Made by a program: the position numbers and the translations under genes. A stretch of 63,188 nt of DNA, filler included, from Welwitschia mirabilis (Eukaryota), in NCBI GenBank assembly GCA_051453625.1. It is 4 parts of one record of this genome, joined end to end, with 100 filler letters (N's around TTAATTAATTAA, not from the genome) between each part and the next. Parts side by side here need not be neighbours in the genome. Positions count along the whole stretch, not along the records: positions 1 to 19,466 come from JBOZIK010000001.1; 3 more parts are not named here. One strand, given 5' to 3'. The notes beneath the pieces are model-generated. The model saw nothing but the letters and a program-made list of their open reading frames with translations. It was not told the origin of the DNA and made no database searches. Positions 1 to 13,179 of this stretch are shown here, one piece after another (the first letter of the stretch is position 1; every line of letters begins with the position of its first letter).

Positions 1-1
1 T

Positions 2-294
2 AACTGGCTTACAACATAGAGGCTAAATGATCTAGTTTTTATCCATTATAATCTTAGATTTGATTTAAGGAGTTGGCATCAACAACTTGAAATATAATGG
101 ACATGGATGATATTCACCCATCATGGATTGGAGAGAGTAATGGAGATGATACTACTCATGATGATGATACACTTGTTAATACTCCTCATGTTAGCACTCC
201 TTGTGATGATGATAGTGAAGACCATAATCTTGATGATGGTATTGTAAGTTATGCCTCTTTTAATTCTAAGCATAGTGATGATGATGATCCTTAA
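2..294 (+). pseudogene. hAT transposase C-terminal (dimerisation domain) remnant with acidic tail
   Basis: The frame from nt 2 reads NWLTT*RLNDLVFIHYNLRF, matching the plant hAT motif RNRL..RLNDLVFVHYNLRL. The D-rich ORF 97-294 follows. Confidence 0.8.
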
Positions 295-829
295 TTGAGC
301 ATAGAGGAGTTGGACATGCCTCAACTATAGGCTAATCCAATACCTGTGTAATCTTTACATGCTTCTAATATGTATCCACCATGGAGGAAGCTACCAATAC
401 ATAAGACAACTGATAAGGACTCTTTTAAGAACATGCATAACATTAGTAGATGTTGAAAGTTGAAAAATTTATTTGATATTGGTTTTTTACTAAATATTTG
501 GATGATTGGATTATGATTTCATGTCTTATTCTATGTATGGATAACATACTATTCATTATTTTATTCTATTTCTTTAATATTTCCATTGATTTAATACATG
601 TTTTAGATGAATAACATGTTTAAATTCTAAATTGATCATTTGTATCATCATATGTCAACTACGACAGTAAATTTTTATTATATGATTCAAGATTTAATTG
701 TTAAGAGTCATAATAGATTTTAAAAATGTTAATTTAGAACTTTTGATCACATTACTAAAAGGTTAAATATATACAAAATGTTATCACTAATGTATTACAT
801 CATTGAAACTAAAGAAAAATGATTTTTTA

Positions 830-924
830 ATGCTGACTTTTTAACTGACCAATCTCCAACTTGATGAACCAACTTTTTTTTTCAGATTGCCAACTTTTTA
901 CTTTTGCTGACTATTCAATCACTA
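830..924 (+). mobile_element. Probable 3' terminus of the hAT element (subterminal repeats and TIR)
   Basis: Clustered CCAACT/CTGACT motifs (likely CpG-decayed CCGACT) end in TCAATCACTA. Its reverse complement TAGTGATTGA fits the hAT TIR start (C/T)A(A/G)NG. Confidence 0.5.
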
Positions 925-2674
925 CTTAGAATGTATACATAATTGCATTCACAAAGGGGATTTTTTAGGAAAAGGTATAACAAACTGAATGTGATCTAAG
1001 TTATGCATTGGTATGCTTTATTCTATGTAGTACATAAGGACATACATGATGTGATATGCTATCTTCTCAACATAGAACTTTCATAGTGAGTGAAAGTAGT
1101 AATTAGGCTAATACTATCGATGGATATGATGATGACCACAATAAGTTAAAGGAGAATGAGAATGATGAGGATGACGATGAGGACATAGAGATCATTATGT
1201 TTGAACTCTTTAATTGTTCTAAAAAGTCTAGTCAATCTCTAATGCTTTCCTCATGCTTTACATCACCATTGACTCACTTTCGATTTAGCTCTTCTTTTAC
1301 TTTAACCCATTTGTAGAATGATAATAATCATACCAACTTACTACATTATTTCACTGGCATCTATCCCATCCATTCTAGCTTTTATTATAGTTTCTTTTTC
1401 AATTTGTATTACTTCTTCACCCATATTTCCTATGGCTTTTATGTCTCTAAGAGTCTCCCTTTTCTCTCTTCCTCCTTTCATAGTTGTTACTACCATGCTT
1501 TGACCTAGGTTTATAAGACATTCTCCTCCTAACTCAAGTTCGTAGGCTTTCAAAAATCTACATACTCTTGAAAGGGAATTACCTACTATTACAATTTATA
1601 CCAAAGAATCCACACATAAGATACCTTACTCTATATTTGAATCCATTACTATTTTAGCATGTGGTTTTGAAGATTTTGTTTCATCTATGCCTACTACCTC
1701 TCTTCTTTGCACTAGCAAGTCACAAACATGGTATAAGGTGTATAATCAACCTTGAAATAGGCTACTGTATGTTGTTAACTTGACATCTTTTTAATAAAAG
1801 ACAACATTTATTCAAGAAATAATTTTAATACCGTCATTAAAATATCAGCTTAGATTATTCTATGTTGTTAAGATTTTATTAGCTAACATGGCTTTGATAG
1901 CATTTGCAATGCTGGACTTTCTTTGAAGAGAAACTTGAATGATGTAAATGCCAAAAATTAATTTATGTTGTTAGCCAAAAAATGTCATGTCAAGAAGACA
2001 CATCATATCAATGAAAAATGTCAATGTAAAATGTTAATAATTATTATTTAAAAAAATATAAAAATTATTAATTTCATAAGATTTATAATACTATAAGCTA
2101 AAATGAATTAAAATTAAATAAGTTAAGAAGCATTTAATTATATTAATGAGTTGGAATCCAATTACCATGTAAATACCCTAAATCTACCTTTTCTTGTTTT
2201 TTATTATGCCATGTGTGTAACATTTTAAGTTGTAACATGTTGCAAACTTACTCATGATAACATGTCACCAATTTTTTGAAAATGAAGGTGAAAAATGTCA
2301 GCTCATAAAAGATATGATATTATCAATAATATGAAACCATAGAAAATAAGGCATCTATGAAAAAGTCACTTAATTTATTTATCATTCAAAGGCCCTAAAG
2401 AATCTATAGGTTAGTGCTCATGGGCTTAAGCTAAGCAAGCTATGGCACTAGAGGATAACCTCTTCAAAAGAGAGAGGACCTTGTCAAAGAGCTTTATCTA
2501 TGTTATCATAAAATCACACTTATGAATTTTGCTAATAAATATTAGTGGTTCACTAAGGTTGATTTATGTATCAATTAAATACTCCAAATAAGGGTCGACA
2601 TATTAATGCAATAAGCAAGATTCACAAAGGTTTTGCCTTGGCATGCATTAAATGACAAGATCAAGGGGCACATT

Positions 2675-3146
2675 ATTGATTGTAGGATCATCCCATGAAT
2701 ATAGAGGTAAAGTTATGATTGTTATTATGTGAAGTCAACTTTATTACTTTTTATTTTAAACATTGTATTAAGATTGACCCCATTATTTAATTGTAAAAGG
2801 TAGATATATTATAAAGTTGAGTTGTGGATCTTTCTAATTTTATGTTTAAGTTAAGAAGATGATGTTAACTTGTAATTAAAGGAAAATATAAGATATTGTA
2901 AATGGTTCTACCCTACCTTCATTTATACTTCCCATACCTTTAAAGAGAGTGGGTGAGATTTAGTTGTTGTATTTTTTGAAGCTTAATTACTAGAGATTTA
3001 TGTTGCTTTCTCATGGACATAGACTATAATGATATTGAATAATGTAAATCTTTATTTGCTTCTATTATTGTTGTTGCTTCCTTTTCGTTTTCTATAATTA
3101 TTTTCATAATGATTTATGTTAGCATCTAGGGTTGTAAAACTTTACA
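2675..3146 (+). mobile_element. Degenerate copia-type LTR
   Basis: Preceded by a decayed PPT-like TCAAGGGGCACAT. Contains a copia U5-like tract (CATGGACATAG...TGAATAATGTAAATCTT) and ends ...TTTACA. Confidence 0.35.
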
Positions 3147-3485
3147 ATTTCAATGACGAGTCTAAGATATCATAATTTTCAAGAAAATAGAACCAATGTA
3201 GCATAAGTTTCATGAAATTTATTGAGTTACAATTATAATAACAACATTAAATGTTATGTGTTTATATAGGTAATGCTTCATGTATAGTAAAATGCATTAT
3301 GAAGAGGATTTGTTGAAGTTTTAAAAGGGTACAATATATTAAAATATTGCATCTCTTACCAAAAGTCACACTCCTTCACGCATTTATAAGAACAAATTTC
3401 ATCATTTTCTAATAATGGTGTAGTAAAATGAATTAATGAAGTGAGATGGGAAAGTAAAATGCTATGGAGATGATCGCACAAAAAG

Positions 3486-3680
3486 AAATCCTAAGTGGAT
3501 GTAAGAGCTTACGTGATCAAGACAACATCCTAAGTGGGTGTAAAAGCCTATATGGGCAAGATGAAATCCTAAGTAGATGTAAGAGATTCTATGATTCAGA
3601 CAAAATACTAAGTGGATGTGAGAGCTTATGTAGCTAAGATGAAATCTTAAGTGCATGTAAGAGCTTGTGTGATCAAGAAG
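3486..3680 (+). repeat. 39-bp tandem array, 5 copies, in the 5' LTR
   Basis: Unit ~AAATCCTAAGTGGATGTAAGAGCTTATGTGATCAAGATG starts at 3486, 3525, 3564, 3603 and 3642. Confidence 0.95.
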
Positions 3681-6049
3681 AAGTTGCCTTAGTGGCTAAA
3701 CCATTATTATTGCCTAAGTGGCTTTATTTGTTGAAGTGTTAAATTTATGAATTTGATTATATTTATAAATAATTATATTTATAATATTTATTTATGCTCT
3801 TTCACCTTGATCATTTTTAAATCCTTATGGTATTTTGAGACCCACCTTATTCAATCATTAGTATTAGAGACACCTCAAGGTAGAGCACAAATGAGAAAGC
3901 TAGAAGTGAAATTTTGAAGGAAAAAGTAAAGGCTTGATTGAAGGGAAGACCTTGGAGGGTATATCCTCAACCTTGTTAAGTGACCCTTTATTTTGTAAAG
4001 TGGAAGTGTAGAGGATGATGGATATCCATCCAAATGTTGAAGCATTCTATGAAGGAGGAGTTAATGTCCTTAATAATCAAGAGTGGTTATAGGAAGAAAT
4101 CAAGGATGACATTAAGAGTGTTCTTAATAATAAATAATGGAGAGATGTATACCCATAAAAATGATGATAATGAATCATATAAAATTAGTTCTATGAAGAT
4201 TTTGAAGAAGTATGGTGCATCCATAAATCATGTGGAAAGGCATGCCCCTACAATGACCTTTGTAAATGGATACGTCCCAATGAAATCTATAGATCAATAA
4301 TGACTCATTTGACAAGACATGATTCAATGATGATTTCTCTATTAAAAAGGACAATGAAGCAAACCATGCTAATGAATCTAAGTAGTATTAAGATAAAATA
4401 TAAAGAGTATTCTAGATTAAGAAGTGGGATTAAATATTTTATTGAATAAAAAAGAAAATAAAAAAGGATGATTACTTTTATATTTGACATGAACAGAATA
4501 ATAAAATTACATAAAGAGAAGAATTAGAAGTCAAAACAAAAACAAATGTGGACAAAAGAAAGAATAAATTCCATTTCAATACTTATTGATAAATGTGAAA
4601 AAACATGTCTTTTAATATCTAAAAATAAAAATAATTGAAATTTAGATACTTGGTTTAATTAAAACTATTGTTATGAAGTTTAAACTTGAAACAACTAATC
4701 TTTTATCTATAAATTATGCGCGAGTTTTCCATCCATAGGTGAATAATTAATAAAAAATTATAAACAAAAGCATTAAAACACATGATGATTTACATAATGG
4801 TTAAGATATTAATTAAAATAAGTTTAAGTATAAAAATTTTAAACAATAAATACAAATAGATTTCATGGACTATGAGCACCAAACATTGATGAATGAGATA
4901 GTTAAGTTGAATAATGATATGAATTCTTTAGCGTGTCAATTAATTAAATGTAAAGAGGCCATGGAGAGGGTTAAAAAATACAATGGAGATTTTAAAATGC
5001 AACTTGATTATCTTCAACAACACTATGATGTAGAATTCACCAAAATTAAGTTACTTTAGAAAGAATTATATCAAGTGAATAATGCATTGGTTGATGATAA
5101 TTCAAATACATAACATCTACAGTCAAGACATGATTTTCTTTCTTGTGAGCAGGAGAGATAATGACATAAAGAATCAGAAATTGATAATAAATAAAGAACT
5201 AAAAATGCAGAATATAGAAATAAAGATTCTGATGGATACAATAATGAAAATAAAGGAAGAAATGATGACAAAAATCTCTCAAACCTAGATGATAAAAAGA
5301 CTGGATATAAACTAGTGGAAAGTTTAGTGAGTTATGTGGCATTGCACTTTATATTTCTACCCACACTTATAGTGTTCTTTACCAAAAAGCTAATGTTGTT
5401 AGCATCATTTACATTTGCAAAGAAACTCTAATGAGAAGACTAATAGACTTTGAAAATACATTAATTAATGAAGAGATGCTATAAGCCCTAAATATCTAGT
5501 AGGAAAATATTTATTTGATGAAAATTTGAAAGGCTGATATTGATGTTAAGGGACAAGTAAAATACAAGGAGTTTGCAAGAATGATGTGTTATGCCATTGA
5601 ATACGAAAGGAAGAATGATATAAAAAATTGAAGATAAAATATCATTAAAAAGTTTAACTTTAACATTTATGTCCAAGTGAAATATCAAGTGATATATTCT
5701 TTTTGCTTATCTAAATCTCATAATATCTGAGAAGTTGATATTTTATGTGATTACTATGTCAGGAAGGAGTAATGATGAAATTTGTTGAGTGACATTTATA
5801 ATCACATCATTAAATATTACGTAGTTATACATGCATGGTCATGTATAGTAAAACATATTATTAATAGGATTTCTTAAGGTTTTGAAAGGATATAATTTAT
5901 TAAAATATTGCAACTCTTATCAAAAGTTACACTGTTTCAACCATTTATAAGAAGAACTAATTCCATCATTTTATAATAATGGTATAGTATAATGACATGG
6001 TAAATTAAAATTAAGACATGAAGTGGTATGGATAAGATCTTACAATAAT

Positions 6050-6238
6050 AAATCCTAAGTGGATGTATGACCCTAAGTGACTAAGATGAAATCCTAAGTG
6101 GATGTAAGAGCTTATGTGGTCAAGATAAAATCCTAAGTGGATTTAAAAGCCTATGTAATCTAGATGAACTCCTAAGTGGATGTAAGAGGTTGTGTAGCCA
6201 AGATGAAATCCTAAGTAGGAGCCTATGTGACTAAGAAA
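6050..6238 (+). repeat. 39-bp tandem array, 5 copies (last one partly deleted), in the 3' LTR
   Basis: The same unit starts at 6050, 6089, 6128, 6167 and 6206. Confidence 0.95.
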
Positions 6239-7329
6239 AAGTTTCCTTAGTAGCTGAATCATTATTACTACCTAAGTTGCTTTATTTTGGGATATAACTT
6301 ATTCAATAAAGTTAAATGAAGTGAGTAAAGTAAGGCATACTATTATAGCAAATGTATCAAAAATGGGTTATGAAACACTTGAAATAAATCAAAGCTATGT
6401 TACATAATGAGACCATGCATACACATAATGTAAGAATTTAAAATTTCATGGAATTCCATTTAATGTAGCTTTAGTTATATGTGTAGTCATTAACATCCAT
6501 GCCATTCATTTTCTAGTGACAACTAAATTATTAGTTTCATTTGTTGACATACTTATGATGTGATTAAATATTTTGGCTAATGCTTTCAAGTATTCTTTAT
6601 TGTCAAATTTTAACATAAATGGAATGATTGTAAATAACAATTTCATTGACACACACAGAAAATTAAGGCACTTTGAAGATTGTGATGCAATACTATTAGG
6701 TTAAAAAGCCTGCCTCCAAGTGCCAATGTTAATATATGATTCAAGATGACAATGCCTCTATTTAATGTAGAATTTTATAATACTTATGATTTCATAGATT
6801 AAAAAAAAAAAAGAAAGAGCAAAATCTCTACAGTACATTAGATCCTATCTAGATAATAGCCCCTGAAGCCCATCCAAACATCATAATGACACATAAGCAT
6901 GGGGAATTGCTAAAACAAAGATATGGTCAATTCTCAATGATGAACAAAGTCATGGTATTGACTATGACTCAAACATGCACAATGAAGATGAAAGGCTCTC
7001 TTTTCTAATGCATTTGGATGAGATGCAAGATATCTTATCTTAAGTGAAGGATATGGGATTATAATTTGTAGACAAATTATGTATTATTGCACTTATGGTT
7101 TACTTATTATCTAGCTAGGATAGTGTGGTTATTCTAATTTCAAAATTAATTAGAATCATCAATATTAAGATAGATAGCCTAAAGTTTATACTAACAGATG
7201 TTGATAAGTATAAAAATATAGGTGGTTTTGGAAAATTATTTTCAAGGAAATCTTACAAATTATGGTAGGTGTTGTTCTTTTCCTAGAGAGAAATGACACT
7301 ACAAAGACAAAAGAAAAACAAATTAGTTG

Positions 7330-8835
7330 GATATAAGAGAGAGTACCCAAGAAAATAAAATAAACCCAATTCTATGCATGCAATGGATTTAGGCATATGG
7401 CAAATGAATGTCCAAATAGTAGACATGAAAGTATGTTAAAAAAGTCTAAGAAGGCATCCTTCATTGCTACTTGGGACAACCTTGAATATGATGATGAGAT
7501 TGATTCTAATCTTGAATTAGAATGTATATGAAGAATATTCCTTATGGCCTTTGTATTTCATACTACTCCATTGCTACTAAAATTTAGCAATGATTACTTG
7601 GATACAAGTGATAACGAAGTAGAGGATTTTAAGGAGACTTGTTAAGAACTCTACTAAGAATGTGAAAGACTTGATAAAAAGGTTAATCAACTAAATAAAT
7701 TATTAAGGATCTGAACTTGAAAAGTGAATCTATAAATCAAAGATATAAGAAGATCCAAGATGAAAATTTAAATCTAATCAAGAAGTTAAAATGGTCTTCT
7801 CAAGCTCTAAGCAAATTCACTAAAGGATAAAATAAATTAGATAAGATGATTGGATAAAGACAGTGTGCCTTAATAAAAAGGAAATTAGCTGTGAAGTCAA
7901 CATTCCTTTAACCTCTTTAAACAAGGTGAGTTTAAAAGGTATGATGTTACTCTCTATACATATCATTTTTATCATTTTATTGCAAAATGATCATTTAAAA
8001 TTAAATTATCCACATAGAAAGATTTATTCTTCAAATGAAAATGTTTTATCATTTAAATTTGTTATCAAACATGTTTCTATGCAAAAGTTAAAAAAGGATA
8101 GATAGGTAAAAGCTGACCATTTAAAAAGCCTCTTAATATAAGCAAGCTTTTAAAGTTGATAGTGGTAGATCTTAGTACCTTGATAGCAGTTGTTCAAATC
8201 ACATGTCCAATGATAGGTCAAGATTAGATCAAGATTTTAGTGCCTAAACAATTTCAATGATGGAGAAGTTACCTTTGATGATAATTGTAAGGGTTAAAAA
8301 AGAGAGCATAGAAACCATTGAAGGAAGTAATATTCCTAAGATTAATGAAGTATTATATGTTAATTACTGAACACGTGTATTATAGGTTAATTATTGAATG
8401 CATAACCTTATTAGTATTAATTAAATTTGTGATAAAGTATGCAAGGTTATCTTTGATAATAACAAATGTGAATTAAGGTATGAAAAACCTAATGATAAAT
8501 TACTTATTTAAAAATGGACTAAAAATGAATATTGCATAGAGTTATCCGCTACTTAGGTGAATGACAAAAACTTATGGCAACAATGAGTAGGTCATGTAAA
8601 CTATGATCATTTGAAAGTTCTTATTATAAGAAGATAGTAAGAGGCATTCCTAAGATACTTTTAATCAAGATGAAATATGTATTACATGATAAAAAGACAA
8701 GCAAACTTATACATCAAACAAAAGTAAAAATGTCATATCAACAGGTCTATCTTTTGATCTCATTCATATGTGCCTAGTAGGTCCTCCTTAATCTATAGTT
8801 CTTACTAGTAAGAAGTACTTTTTAGTCATGATTTT
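7330..8835 (+). pseudogene. Ty1/copia (Sirevirus-like) gag-protease-integrase remnant
   Basis: Zinc knuckle QFYACNGFRHMANECP (~7367), protease *YLDSSCSNHM (~8172), HNLISIN*ICDK, GAG-pre-integrase LWQQ*VGHVN (~8572), integrase DLIHMCLVGP and KKYFLV. Many stops and frameshifts. Confidence 0.85.
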
Positions 8836-8963
8836 TACTAATGTTTATGCCTCTCTGTGTGCTTAAGGAGTCTCTTCCCTGGTAGTGGCAAATTATTATG
8901 CATTCTACTGTAGTCATAAAAGAGCCTTCTTAGTAAATAAATCATCATGTATAGGAGTAATCT

Positions 8964-9700
8964 CTATACCTCTAGGCATCTGCTCCTCCTTTTTCTTAAT
9001 GTAATCTCCATTATCAAAATCATCATCAACATCCATACCTTCATAGCCAACATATGAGGGTTGTAAAGAGTGATGTCATAGATGAGATGTTGTTGCCTAA
9101 AAAGTAGATGCATCAATAAGAGGCAAAGCAAGATGATCTTATTTTGAAGGAAATTTTGCTTCTTCCTATGCATGTGTAGAAGAAACAAAGTCTCCATTAG
9201 TGCTAAGTGAATGTATGTGTGCATGTGTATAATCATCAACAATGGCAAGAACCTAATCATTGAGAGGCACAGAAGCATCAATGTTTTTAAATTCCATATA
9301 CTCATGTTCATTGGCACTAATTGTACTAGTAGCCCTTAAGATATCTTTATGTATTAACTTTAGATTATAAGGTTTAAATACAATATTGCATAATATATAT
9401 GTAGTAAGTCTCTTACATTTTTTTAGAGTAAACATGTTCAAATACACTCCAATTCCTTTCACATCCTACATCAACATGAAAAGGGAAACAAGTAATGACA
9501 TATAAAATAACTCCAAAATGCACAAAATAATTGAATTATAATATAATATAATAAAATTCAATGTGCAAAGTTGCAAATGTGCAATCAACTTACTAGATGC
9601 ACTACAGGGTTGGGTTAATATTCTAATGGCTAGTTGTTTTAAATTTGATACTACTATTCTAAAACTAATTCACCAATCATTTATAATAATAAATAGCCAA
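8964..9700 (-). pseudogene. hAT transposase 3' exons (dimerisation domain) with an intron
   Basis: Minus strand reads KQLAIRILTQPCSAS, then a GT..AG intron (9593-9466), then (R/G)CERNWSVFEHVYSK...NIVFKPYNLKL. Confidence 0.85.
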
Positions 9701-12399
9701 AGTAAAATCATTAAAAGTTAAATAAGAATACTATATCAATACAACTAAAGTGAAAAATTTCCAAGCATGAATACAATATGTTAATTATAAACTATAAAGT
9801 GTACCTAATGTACATTCATTAACTCCTAATTCACTTGAAGCCATTATAAATTTTGCACAGTCTCTCTTTTAGTGTCTATTTAACTCATTTATGAGTTGTA
9901 ACAACTTTTTAAGATCTGCTACCATCTGGTAGAAGTAATTTCTAGAAAAATATGAGGACCATATATAAGTGAGTTTTCNNNNNNNNNNAACATGCAAATC
10001 TATATACAAATCATTCTATTAATTTTGTATAAGAGAAGATATGTGTGTCTATTCTAAATATTTCTTGCTTGTAAGCATGTAAGTATCAACTTAACTTTGG
10101 CTTTTTTCATGACATCATTAATAAATCCCATGGAAGGCCTTTCACTATCTATGATACATCACATGTTTACCAAGGATTCAATGATCTATAAAAATAAATT
10201 CAAACAAACTGCATTAACTCAGTTACTATGTTAGTAAGAAAAATTTAAAAGAACAAAATTAAAAATTTGAATTACTTATATATATAATATTCTCCACATC
10301 AAACAAAAAATGTATTTCATCACACACTATTTTTTTGGAAACCTTTGCTAAAAAAAGCACCTAATCCTATGGAATTTTTTAGAATCTCTCCATTCTTCAT
10401 TCACAAACATGCTCATCAAAGTACTTTCCCTTTTGGATAAGAAATTCAATAGAATAAAATTATTGAAAAGTGTTGTTGTGCACGTTGATTAACTAAATAG
10501 TAACTAATCATAATCTAGGTAACTAGTCATTTCTAAATAATCCAAAAGACTATTTTTATGTTAAGGTGTATTATTCTGGAAATTGTCAATGGCTAGTCAC
10601 TGAATGAACAATGCACGAGTAGTTGCTGCATGAAGTAAAAAAAATTTAAAAAGTTATGTACATCAATTATGTAACTTTTCTTAAATATTTTATGCTCTAT
10701 GGAACTCGCATTTGTCTATGTTTTCTCGCAATTAGAAGTTCAAAAATTGCAATCTTCCTCTTCACTTCTTAGTGCATTTGATTTAATCCTCTTCTCATGT
10801 GTCAGTTTTTCTTCTCATACTTTCACACAATCATCTACACTATGGAAGTGTTAAGATTGCAACTCTGCATTTTCTTTAATTCTCACATAGAAAATAGTTT
10901 AAGCTTTCAAGGTGCATGATTATGTATTGGACTTTTATAAGTTAAGAAATTTGTAACTTGTAAACACTAAATAATCTATTTAGAAAATGATTAAAATCAA
11001 TTACAAAGTTTACAACCTAAGGAAGTGGACCATAGAGATATTGCTTTTTATTTAAATCACCAAAGAATATAATTAAGACATTTGAAGTCCTTAAAATATG
11101 AGTCTATCAAATACAAAATAGTATTCATATATCACATACATAACTCTTACATTACACTTGATACAATAAACCTCTTCATTGATGATTCTATGTTCTTACC
11201 TATTAGAATGACTTCCTTTTTAATTCCTTCAAAATAGTTGTTGAATACTATGGAAGCGTTTTACCTTCTGTAATGATTCTAATAATGTTGATATTAGTTT
11301 ATTTTATTTTACATTATTTAGAGAACTTTCGATATTTGAAGTAATTATAGTACATGGGGCTCTTTAACAAAAAAAAAAAAAGGATAAAGAAAATTATTTA
11401 ATCATTAATAAAAATCAAAAAAGGTGAAGGAAATGTTAGGAATTTCTATGCATATGTTAGTGGTTGTGTCTTCGATATCATGAGTCATGAGTCATCATTA
11501 ACTCCTATTTTTGTTAGTTAGATCTACTCATGCTCTTAGATGTTCATCTCTTAATCATGTGATTTTATCATAGGTCTTCTACTCTTCTTTGTTAAAAGTA
11601 TTTCCCCTTAGATATTTCAATTTCATTTATCTTTCAACTTTCTATTAAAAGTAATGTTTACTTGGTTTTGAGTTATGATAATGTATAATTTAAAATTTGT
11701 AATTAATACTTATTTGCAATGATTAAACAATACCAAGGAGGAATCTAGCATCATTACATTATATACAACCAGATCCTAGAAATTCAAATGTGCTAAAATG
11801 CAATTACTATTAGGTCACATATCATGGAGGTATAAATACAATAAAATATCACATTGCTCAACTACTGGTCATGACATTATGCCTTAACATAACTTACCCA
11901 AAATTTTTGTGATGGAAGAAATGTGTACATATTTAAATTACAAAGAGCGAAAAATGAAAATAAGGTAAGACTTATAGATCTTCTAGTAGAAAGACAAATG
12001 GAGAGAGTTGAGTCTCATTTTACAATTAATCATGGAGCCTCTATGTCCAAAGTTAGAAAGAGAACAATTAGCAATTGGGAGAATATGACTATAGATTCAT
12101 GGGCACATGCTTCATCTTTCCCTCCTCATGTAAATAGTACTACAGGGCTTAGCATGAGAGTGGTAATCATCCTCTAATTTATAGTCCCACATTGGCTTAG
12201 CTTCTAAGGAATTAGAGTCTCATTATTAACCTATTCAAGGTAGGCTTATTGATCTAATACCTTTATGTCACGGTTCTGATACTTAAAAAATAATTCAAAC
12301 AAGGATGTGTGTTAAGGATGATGTTGTCAAGAGACCATTCAAGATACTTGCATGTGTTTGGTATTCATAAGACTTGCCATTACATGCATTTGCAAGTTT

Positions 12400-12912
12400 T
12401 ATGTTTCAGAGTGCTCATGATGCTATTGGTGAATGTGGGCAAGGTAATTTTAGATCTTCCACCTACATAGAGATACAAACATTTATGTTAGATGATGTCA
12501 AACATGATATTGGTAATATGATAAATTGACATAAGGAGGTTTGGAATAGATTTGGATGTAGCATTCTTGTAGGTGATTGGAGTAATAGAAAGGATAAAAA
12601 TCTCATCAATTTTTTGGTAGCATCATCTTTAGAAATAATATTTTTAAAATATATTAATGCATCAAACAATATAAGAAATACAAAGTTCCTATTTTATGAA
12701 TTTAAAAATGTGATTGCAGAAGGAGGACCTAGAAAGATTATCTAGGTAAATAGTAAAATTATTCATTAAAGTTATTTAATTCAATTAAATTCATTCTCTT
12801 CTTTTGAAAATAATCTTGTAGTCTTGTACTTAGCCTTATTTATTTTGTAATGTGTAGATTATTATAGATAATGGATTCGCCTATAAGGCAGCAAGTAGAT
12901 TACTAATGCATC
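12400..12912 (+). pseudogene. hAT transposase DUF659 remnant
   Basis: WNRFGCSILVGDWSNRKDKNLINFLV...FLKYINAS...GGPRKII*, then a GT..AG intron (12746-12857), then IIIDNGFAYKAASRLLM. Confidence 0.85.
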
Positions 12913-13179
12913 ATTTTATATTTCATATAGATTACTAGATTTTTCTATGTCTTCTCAAAGATGATCAAGGCATTATGAAATAAAATGTGTCTAATAAATT
13001 TTTGGCTGAAAAGTCATGAGAATCTGACTAGCTATAACAAAGAAGACTACATTATCTATAACCTAATTAAAATTAAGAAATAATAATAAGTTAATATAAA
13101 ATAGATAATAAGTATTAAATAATTAATATGATTCAATACAAATTATATAAGAATCACAAATTATGTAGCTCAAAAGATT

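Larger units (their letters stand above)
3210..6308 (+). mobile_element. Complete non-autonomous LTR retroelement (~3.1 kb)
   Basis: Direct repeats at 3210-3857 and 5773-6308. Decayed tRNA-Met PBS TAGTATTAGAG (3859-3869) and PPT AGGAAGGAG (5761-5769). AAGTT flanks both ends (3205-3209, 6309-6313). No RT or integrase motifs recognised inside. Confidence 0.8.

Noticed and set aside
1318-1553. Short overlapping ORFs as host genes (and most other 60-90 aa ORFs in the track)
   Set aside because: No recognisable domain or exon structure; consistent with chance ORFs or TE debris in AT-rich DNA.
3486-3680. CRISPR-like appearance of the 39-bp arrays (conserved half plus variable half)
   Set aside because: The variable halves are homologous to each other rather than unique spacers. 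There are no cas genes, and the context is a plant LTR.
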